A stretch of 64,000 bases of DNA. Origin: Candidatus Obscuribacteraceae bacterium (GTDB lineage: Bacteria > Cyanobacteriota > Vampirovibrionia > Obscuribacterales > Obscuribacteraceae). Under the pieces are notes generated by a model that searched no databases, was not told the origin of the DNA, and saw only the letters and a list, made by a program, of their open reading frames with translations. Position 1 is the first letter of the stretch; each line of letters opens with the position of its first letter. Below, one piece after another: positions 57,845 through 64,000 of the stretch. Position numbers and translations under genes: made by a program. The DNA lies in the NCBI GenBank assembly GCA_044226015.1, contig JBGAHS010000002.1, positions 288,001-352,000 of the forward strand, in the 5' to 3' direction.

Positions 57845-58317
57845 GGTTTTTCTGCGTGCCAAGTGGGTCAAGTTTATTTTGAAAACTCGAACGGTACCGG
57901 TGGAGTTCTAAGGTTTTTCTGCTCGCCAAGTGCTGCGAAGATTTTCCTGAAAACTCCACCGGTACCGTTCGAGTTCTAAGGTTTTTCTGCTCGCCAAGTG
58001 CTGCGAAGATTTTCCCTAAAACTCCACCGGTACCGTTCCAGTTCCAAAGTTTTTCTGCTCGCCAAGTGCTGCGAAGATTTTCCTGAAACTTCACCGGTAC
58101 CGTTCCAGTTCTAAGGTTTTTCTGCTCGCCAAGTGCTGCGAAGATTTTCCCGAAAACTCCACCGGTACCGTTTGAGTCCCAAGGTTTTTCTGCTCGCCAA
58201 GTGCTGCGAAGATTTTCCTGAAACTTCACTGGTACCGTTCGAGTTCTAAGGTTTTTCTGCTCGCCAAGTGCTGCGAAGATTTTCCCGAAAACTCCACCGG
58301 TACCGTTCCAGTTCCAA
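57845..58317. repeat. Intergenic tandem array of seven 67/68-bp units, each with a palindromic CGGTACCG-type core
   Basis: Units start at 57845, 57912, 57980, 58048, 58115, 58183 and 58250; no unique spacers. Confidence 0.95.
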
Positions 58318-58499
58318 ACTGCGTTGAGCGTACGAAGCATTAAGCCCCAATCCCCTTGCCTGACAAGCCTATAGAGGATTAGTGCAGCCGTCTCGCATCA
58401 CACAGGTTCCCAAACTTAAGCAAAACGCAATCATCTCTTTACATCTCCTTAGTAACCCGATCTGAGAATGGAATAGTCCCCATTTCTCAGGAATACCAA

Positions 58500-59462
58500 A
58501 TGACAAATCAACTCAGCATCCATTCAGGACATTCTGCTGTTTTCGATTACCTGGTCGATTTCAAGAATTTTGCAATCCAGTCACTCATTGTTTCACTGAT
58601 GTTTCTGTTGTCGCCGACTCCTGTTAGTGCTGCAGAAGCCGGCGACGTAATCAATCTATTTCGTTCGACGATAATTCTGAGTAATAACTCGAAGCTCTTT
58701 GTGCGAGAAACAATCGAAGTAGATTTTGGCAATAACCGCCACCACGGCATCGTGAGGACAATTCCTTGCACTGCAATGATTAAAGGGGACAAGAAGCGTA
58801 TTCACATCGCACCCATAGATAGCACCTGCGACGGAGTAAAAGTCGAGAATTCCTTGTCGCTGGATAGCGAGCGCTTCCAGATAAAAATTGGCGACCCCAA
58901 TCGCACGCTCACCGGAATGCACCGCTACACAATTGAATATTATGTCCACGGAGCCGTCCGCCTGTCCAAGAACTATCCAGAACTTTACTGGAACATCACC
59001 GGCAACGACTGGAAAATGCCTATTCGAAAAGCTGTTGGAACCCTTGTTCTGCCGACAGGGCTTCCAAGCTCGCTGGTGAATGCATGCTCGTTTGAAGGTT
59101 ATAAAAACAGCACTGCATACGCTAGCACCAAACGCACTAACACTACCAATATAGAGTTCAACGCATCAAATCTTGCACCAGGACAAGGTTTAACTCTAGC
59201 CGCAAACTTCCCACCCGATTCAATTCAAATACCTGGACTTATCAGCGAATGGGCATTTTATCTCGGTGAAACAGGATTGATTATTGCATCTCTGATCGCA
59301 TTCGCTTGCGGACTCTGGCCAGTCGGGGTCTTTCTACTTTTGATTGCATGGTTTTGGGGCAGCAGCATTGAGAACGCCAATTGGGATAGAAGCGGCAGCA
59401 GCAGCCTCGACTTCGGATCGAGCGGAGGTGGCTTTGGAGGAGGTGGCGGAGACACCTGGTAG
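58500..59462 (+). CDS. DUF2207-like membrane protein (short form)
   Basis: VRETIEVDF...HGIVRTIP, KIGDPNRTLTG, ELYWNITGNDW, C-terminal TM and GGGFGGGGGDTW. Confidence 0.85.
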   Translation: MTNQLSIHSGHSAVFDYLVDFKNFAIQSLIVSLMFLLSPTPVSAAEAGDVINLFRSTIILSNNSKLFVRETIEVDFGNNRHHGIVRTIPCTAMIKGDKKRIHIAPIDSTCDGVKVENSLSLDSERFQIKIGDPNRTLTGMHRYTIEYYVHGAVRLSKNYPELYWNITGNDWKMPIRKAVGTLVLPTGLPSSLVNACSFEGYKNSTAYASTKRTNTTNIEFNASNLAPGQGLTLAANFPPDSIQIPGLISEWAFYLGETGLIIASLIAFACGLWPVGVFLLLIAWFWGSSIENANWDRSGSSSLDFGSSGGGFGGGGGDTW

Positions 59463-59509
59463 ATGACACATAGTCATCGAATCTCCTGACTCAAGAGTGA
59501 CAAATGACT

Positions 59510-59545
59510 GAAGCGAAAGCCTGGCAAGCTTTCGCTTCTTTCTCT
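59510..59545 (+). terminator. Rho-independent terminator
   Basis: GAAGCGAAAGC-CTGGCAA-GCTTTCGCTTC then TTTCTCT. Confidence 0.75.
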
Positions 59546-59606
59546 AATCAATCGCAAGAGCAAGTCATGAGTTTTTGTAAATCGCTAAAAAGCGGACTGA
59601 ATCAAT

Positions 59607-59646
59607 ATCAAGAAAAGATCAAGATGGCATAAAGAATACATAAGGA
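59607..59646 (+). promoter_or_regulatory. Four 11-bp-phased direct repeats, probable OmpR-family (KdpE-like) operator
   Basis: ATCAAGA (59607), ATCAAGA (59618), ATAAAGA (59629), ATAAGGA (59640). Confidence 0.6.
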
Positions 59647-59776
59647 AAAGTCTGCAAACTCCTACCTAGTCAGGAAACTGCGCAATTATGCATTATTACC
59701 CTCTCGTAAAAATCGTGGAAATAAAGCAACCTTACCGTATAGACTTGTCAAAGTGACTGATTAACGCCAATCGAGC

Positions 59777-61690
59777 ATGACCACTTCAGCTAAGCGATTC
59801 AGAAAGAAATTTACGCTGTGGTTTTTCGAGGGAATGCGCGAGAAGCGCCAGGAATCCGAAAAACACGACCATAGCAAATCCCCCTGGTGGCAAGTAATGT
59901 GCCTCACCGGAGTAGACTACTTTTCGACATTAGGCTATCAACCGGGTATCGCGTTTCTGGCATCTGGACTGCTATCGCCTATAGCTACGATGATTCTCGT
60001 GCTCTTAACGTTATTCGGGGCCCTTCCAATGTATGCATGCGTGGCAAAAGAAAGCCCGCACGGACAAGGCTCGATATCCATGCTGGAAGAGCTTCTGGCT
60101 GGCTGGCGGGGAAAGGCTCTAATTCTTTGCTTGTTGGGTTTCGCCGCCACATCATGGATCATCACGATTACACTTTCCGCTGCAGACGCTGCTGTTCACT
60201 TTGTTGAAAATCCGCTGGTCCCGTATTTTTTGCATGACAGGATGATGGTCACTTTTGGCATGCTTGCTTTGTTGGGCGCAATATTTCTCATAGGGTTCAA
60301 AGAAGCAATTGGGGTATCAGTTTTGCTGGTTGCAGCATACCTGAGCTTGAACGCCGCAATCTTGTATGTATGCGGCAATCACATTGCAAACAACCCCGTT
60401 TCGGTAGAACATTGGTGGCACAAACTTTTGATGCAACACCATTCAGTGTGGAACATGATAGGACTCTCAGCATACCTGTTTCCGAAATTAGCGCTGGGCT
60501 TATCAGGATTTGAAACAGGCGTTGCCGTAATGCCGCTAGTAAAAGGGGACAAGGGCGACACGGAAGAAGTGCCTGCCGGTAGAATCAGGAATACGAAATG
60601 GTTACTCTGTTCATCAGCTTTGATAATGAGCGTTTTTTTGATAGGCAGCTCGCTAGTCACCACCATTCTCATTCCCGAAAAAGAATTTGAGCACGGCGGT
60701 GACGCAGATGGTCGCGCGATGTCGTATCTCGCGCACCAATATCTCGGTGACGCATTCGGAACTGTCTATGACATAAGCTCGATCTCCATTTTGTGGTTTG
60801 CCGGAGCATCAGCCATGGCAGGGCTTTTGCAGCTCGTTCCAAGATATCTCCCTCGATATGGAATGGCGCCTGATTGGGCAAAAGCAGTTCGACCACTAGT
60901 GTGCTTTTTCACGGCAGTAGCTTTTGCTATCACTGCAATTTTCAAAGCAGATGTTGATGCTCAAGGTGGGGCATATGCTACCGGGGTTCTCGTATTGATG
61001 ACGTCTGCAGCCTTTGCGGTAATGCTTTCGACCTGGAAAAAGAGCTTCTTTTCGAAGGTCATTTTCACATCGATATTCGCTGTGTTCGCATATACCGCTG
61101 TAGTAAATATGATGGAACGCCCGGACGGCTTGAAGATCGCTTCGTTCTTTATTATGACAATTTTGTCTACTTCATTGTTCTCACGCTGCATTCGTTCAAC
61201 TGAGCTGCGCGTCATGAAAGTGGAGTTGGATGAAACAGCAAAACAGTTTCTTGAGGAAGTAACAGCACAAGAAATTCGCATTGTAGCGCACCGTCCTGGT
61301 GGCACCGAATACAATTTGAAGGAATTAGAGGCGAGACGCACACACAACGTTTTCGAATCTTTGATATTTTTGGAAGTGCACAGAGGCGATGCCTCGGAAT
61401 TTGCAGAAGAAGTTCTGCGAGTTAACGGTGTGCGCAGAAACGGCGGTTTCCGCGTTTTGCAATGCGAAAGCCCAGCAGTTCCCAACGCCATCGCAGCCTT
61501 ACTTTTGCACATCAGAGAAACAACAGGGAAACTGCCACACGTCTATTTCGGATGGACAGAAGGACACCCTGTTAGCTACGTTCTCAAATACATTTTCTTC
61601 GGCGAAGGCGAAACGGCACCGCTCGCTCGCGAAGTCCTTCGCGCGGCCGAGCCTGACCCAATGCGCCGCCCACACGTCCACGTAGGCTAA
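59777..61690 (+). CDS. APC-superfamily transporter with cytoplasmic C-terminal domain (possible K+ transporter)
   Basis: [26 protein letters not shown] and GAYATGVL motifs; about 12 TM helices plus a soluble tail. Confidence 0.8.
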   Translation: MTTSAKRFRKKFTLWFFEGMREKRQESEKHDHSKSPWWQVMCLTGVDYFSTLGYQPGIAFLASGLLSPIATMILVLLTLFGALPMYACVAKESPHGQGSISMLEELLAGWRGKALILCLLGFAATSWIITITLSAADAAVHFVENPLVPYFLHDRMMVTFGMLALLGAIFLIGFKEAIGVSVLLVAAYLSLNAAILYVCGNHIANNPVSVEHWWHKLLMQHHSVWNMIGLSAYLFPKLALGLSGFETGVAVMPLVKGDKGDTEEVPAGRIRNTKWLLCSSALIMSVFLIGSSLVTTILIPEKEFEHGGDADGRAMSYLAHQYLGDAFGTVYDISSISILWFAGASAMAGLLQLVPRYLPRYGMAPDWAKAVRPLVCFFTAVAFAITAIFKADVDAQGGAYATGVLVLMTSAAFAVMLSTWKKSFFSKVIFTSIFAVFAYTAVVNMMERPDGLKIASFFIMTILSTSLFSRCIRSTELRVMKVELDETAKQFLEEVTAQEIRIVAHRPGGTEYNLKELEARRTHNVFESLIFLEVHRGDASEFAEEVLRVNGVRRNGGFRVLQCESPAVPNAIAALLLHIRETTGKLPHVYFGWTEGHPVSYVLKYIFFGEGETAPLAREVLRAAEPDPMRRPHVHVG

Positions 61691-62134
61691 GTGTCACACG
61701 CGCACTTTGTCGATTGCATTTCATGGACAGAGAGCTCATTCAGTCGCCGCTCGCTTTTGCAAAGCTAATCGATTGAAGTTATTCAGCTAGCGTGCGGAGT
61801 CATTGCGGTGCTGCAGAATCATCGCGTTGCTGCAGCAATAGTTTCGTGTTTTCAGCGGCACCTTCAAGCAGGTTCGACATACTCCCAACAGCTCCTGAGC
61901 CTTGAAAATCTCATAAGCATTTCGATAGTTCGCTATTGCCGGCTCGTAATCGCCGAACATTTCGGACTGCATAGAAAAGAGAACAGAAGACGCGATAGAA
62001 AAAAAGAACAGAAGACGCGCAATAACCTGCGCGCCTTTGTTCTATGTGATGCCTATTCATTTCGTTGATTCAATAACTGTAAAAGAACTAGAGCTTTAGT
62101 CGACCCTCCAATTTTGCGAACCTGAATTTGTAGA

Positions 62135-63346
62135 TTACATGAATCGGTTGAGAGCACGGTTTGCTTTTACAACGTTCAGTTTTGCAACAGACAATTCAAC
62201 TGGTGAAGGTGGCAATGGTTGCGGGTTCAATGCGATTTCGAGTCCGCGTTGTACGTTCATCATCTCATCTTCTTCCATCACGCGACCGAGTCTTTCATCT
62301 GGTGAAGGTGGCAATGGTTGCGGGTTCAATGCAATCTCGCGTCCGCGTTGTACGTTCATCATTTCATCTTCTTCCATTACTCGACCAAGTCTTTCATCTG
62401 GTGAAGGAGGCAATGGCTGTGGGTTCAATGCAATTTCGCGTCCGCGTTGTACGTTCATCATCTCATCTTCTTCCATTACTCGACCAAGTCTTTCATCTGG
62501 TGAAGGAGGCAATGGCTGCGGGTTCAATGCTACTTCGCGACCATGTGCACCAAGCATCGCGGATCGGATTGCATCATCTGGCGAAGGGGGCAATGGTTGC
62601 GGATTCAATTCGCTTTCGTTAAAGCGCACGCGAGCATTTTGAATCTGCGAGCGCATACCTTGCTCAGGTGCTGGAGGCAATGGTTGTGGATTCAGTTCCA
62701 GCTCAACCGAACGGTGCCCCTGGATGTCCTTAATCATCGAAGTCATAGCTTCATCTGGATGTGGTGGCAATGGTTGCGGGTTCAATTCGTTCGGACCTTC
62801 AGCAACCTGCGATTGTCTGAACTTGCCGAATCTGGTGTTCATCATTTCATCTGGATGTGGCGGCAATGGCTGTGGATTCAATTCATCAGTTGTCCAGCCA
62901 GTAGACTTGTGCATTTGTGCGATATCGTCGCGACGAGTTTGATTCGCAAGATAATCTTTCAAGTGACTGCTGCTCAATTCATCTGGATGCGGGGGCAATG
63001 GCTGCGGATTCAGTTCCTCTGCGGCATGCTTGAACAAATTGCCACCACTACGAGCACCACCACCGAGAATTCCTTTAGCAAGTCCCAGTTCAGCGGTCAA
63101 AAGTGGAGCAGCCATTCCCAATCCAACACCGGCTACTGCCTTAGCGCCATCGAGAGCGGAGTCAAACAGATCTACGTTACCAAAAATTCCTGATACTGTT
63201 GAAGCGGCACCACCTAGCCCTTTCATCGCGATGCTCTCAGCTGGCGAAAGAACAGAAGAATAAGCTTCCTTTGCTACAGCACCTACTCCATCAGCAACCT
63301 TCGAAGCTGTATCTTTCACTGCATCTGCGATATCGTCTAAAAACAT
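62135..63346 (-). CDS. Orphan protein with nine LNPQPLPP motifs
   Basis: GGAGG RBS; invariant octapeptide separated by variable spacers; the last units form 99-bp tandem duplications. Confidence 0.88.
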   Translation of the reverse strand: MFLDDIADAVKDTASKVADGVGAVAKEAYSSVLSPAESIAMKGLGGAASTVSGIFGNVDLFDSALDGAKAVAGVGLGMAAPLLTAELGLAKGILGGGARSGGNLFKHAAEELNPQPLPPHPDELSSSHLKDYLANQTRRDDIAQMHKSTGWTTDELNPQPLPPHPDEMMNTRFGKFRQSQVAEGPNELNPQPLPPHPDEAMTSMIKDIQGHRSVELELNPQPLPPAPEQGMRSQIQNARVRFNESELNPQPLPPSPDDAIRSAMLGAHGREVALNPQPLPPSPDERLGRVMEEDEMMNVQRGREIALNPQPLPPSPDERLGRVMEEDEMMNVQRGREIALNPQPLPPSPDERLGRVMEEDEMMNVQRGLEIALNPQPLPPSPVELSVAKLNVVKANRALNRFM

Positions 63347-63655
63347 GGTTCAAAACCTCCAAAACTGTTGATGCTTTTAGAATAGTTTTCAACCATCCCC
63401 GTCTTGTCCTGGTTATGTCTCTAAAATGTCCCCGGGGTCAGCACCGACTTTCAAGATTATTTAGGAAGGACACAGGCAAAAATCCGGAAATATCTGAAAC
63501 AGCAAGCATGGAGAGACAATGGATACCAATCTAGAAGTCATCAGGACAGGATATTCTTTCCAAGCTGCTTGCGTCCAGCCGGAGATTATGACCCAAAATG
63601 CGCAAAATAAGGCACCGACCTCTTGAATGAAGAACCTCGGTCACCTTTTGTCCTG

Positions 63656-63895
63656 CTAAACAGTATTAATAGGAATGACAAATCCATCTTCTTTTATGTA
63701 AGCCCTTTCAAGCTGTACATCATGAGTGTCGCGACTTTCGGCTTCTATACATTGTTCTGTTTTTTCAAGACTTAGATAAACAAATCTGAACCGCCATTGC
63801 CCAAGAGCAGAGATCAATTCAAAGTTCTCCCCTGCCAATATTGTGGGTATCGCGCTCGGTACATTAGCGTATTTAGTTGTCATTGTAAGCGTCAT
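63656..63895 (-). CDS. Small hypothetical protein
   Basis: 79-aa ORF in otherwise empty space; no recognisable motif. Confidence 0.4.
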   Translation of the reverse strand: MTLTMTTKYANVPSAIPTILAGENFELISALGQWRFRFVYLSLEKTEQCIEAESRDTHDVQLERAYIKEDGFVIPINTV

Positions 63896-64000
63896 ATTTC
63901 ATTAACCGCCAACAGCCCTGCAGTCCTTTGACCTGCCGAGCAGTCAGTTCACCAATCATAATGACCAACCGCCTTCAACCCGCCGAGCCGCCCCAAAGCC

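Noticed and set aside
57845..58317. CRISPR array
   Set aside because: Units are near-identical along their whole length with no unique spacers, and there are no cas genes in the window.
57840..58340. 166-aa ORF spanning the tandem array
   Set aside because: It reads the same unit in all three frames, and openness follows from the 135-bp dimer period. It is probably not coding, though not strictly excluded.
62199..63015. CRISPR-like DNA repeat (GGCAATGG(T/C)TG(C/T)GG(G/A)TTCA) with variable spacers
   Set aside because: Variation is at synonymous positions, spacing keeps the reading frame, and the repeats lie inside a 403-aa ORF with an RBS, so it is a protein repeat.
62139..63193. Plus-strand ORFs with GGNGCG or WWQW repeats
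   Set aside because: Antisense shadows of the LNPQPLPP gene.
1..64000. Prophage, IS elements, tRNA/rRNA, known defence systems
   Set aside because: No recognisable integrase, transposase, phage structural, cas or restriction-modification motifs, and no RNA gene signatures seen by eye.

Overview
A gene-dense bacterial chromosomal segment. I found no rRNA, tRNA, transposase, integrase or true CRISPR array. The gene style suggests a non-photosynthetic cyanobacterial relative such as Melainabacteria/Obscuribacterales (inference only). That style includes a giant Gly/Ser/Asn-rich exported protein, a membrane Ser/Thr kinase with TPRs, an MshEN-like TPR protein, a Cph1/Rcp1-like two-component pair and many low-complexity orphan proteins. 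Housekeeping and metabolic genes include msrB, a POT transporter, Fe/Mn SOD, xdhABC, a patatin, a CaiB CoA-transferase, a LpqC-like esterase, an MFS transporter, a HIT protein, 5-oxoprolinase and an APC/KUP-like transporter. The strongest candidate for a novel system is a tightly coupled five-gene operon at 14187-20337. It encodes a signal-peptide-bearing CstB-like persulfide dioxygenase/rhodanese, a Tat-exported SorA-type sulfite dehydrogenase and a SorB-like cytochrome c lipoprotein. These are followed by a single-chain CcoN-CcoO-cytochrome c-cytochrome c heme-copper oxidase and an unannotated 50-aa membrane peptide. Together they look like a self-contained periplasmic sulfane sulfur/sulfite-to-O2 module. 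A second theme is a set of orphan proteins with no Sec signal and disordered N-terminal leaders that could be effectors. These carry a hidden papain-like protease, a macrodomain, a sedolisin, or nine LNPQPLPP motifs. Other highlights are a CAP domain embedded in the 2.7k-aa protein, a 67/68-bp tandem array with one exactly inverted palindromic core, and 11-bp-phased regulator boxes.
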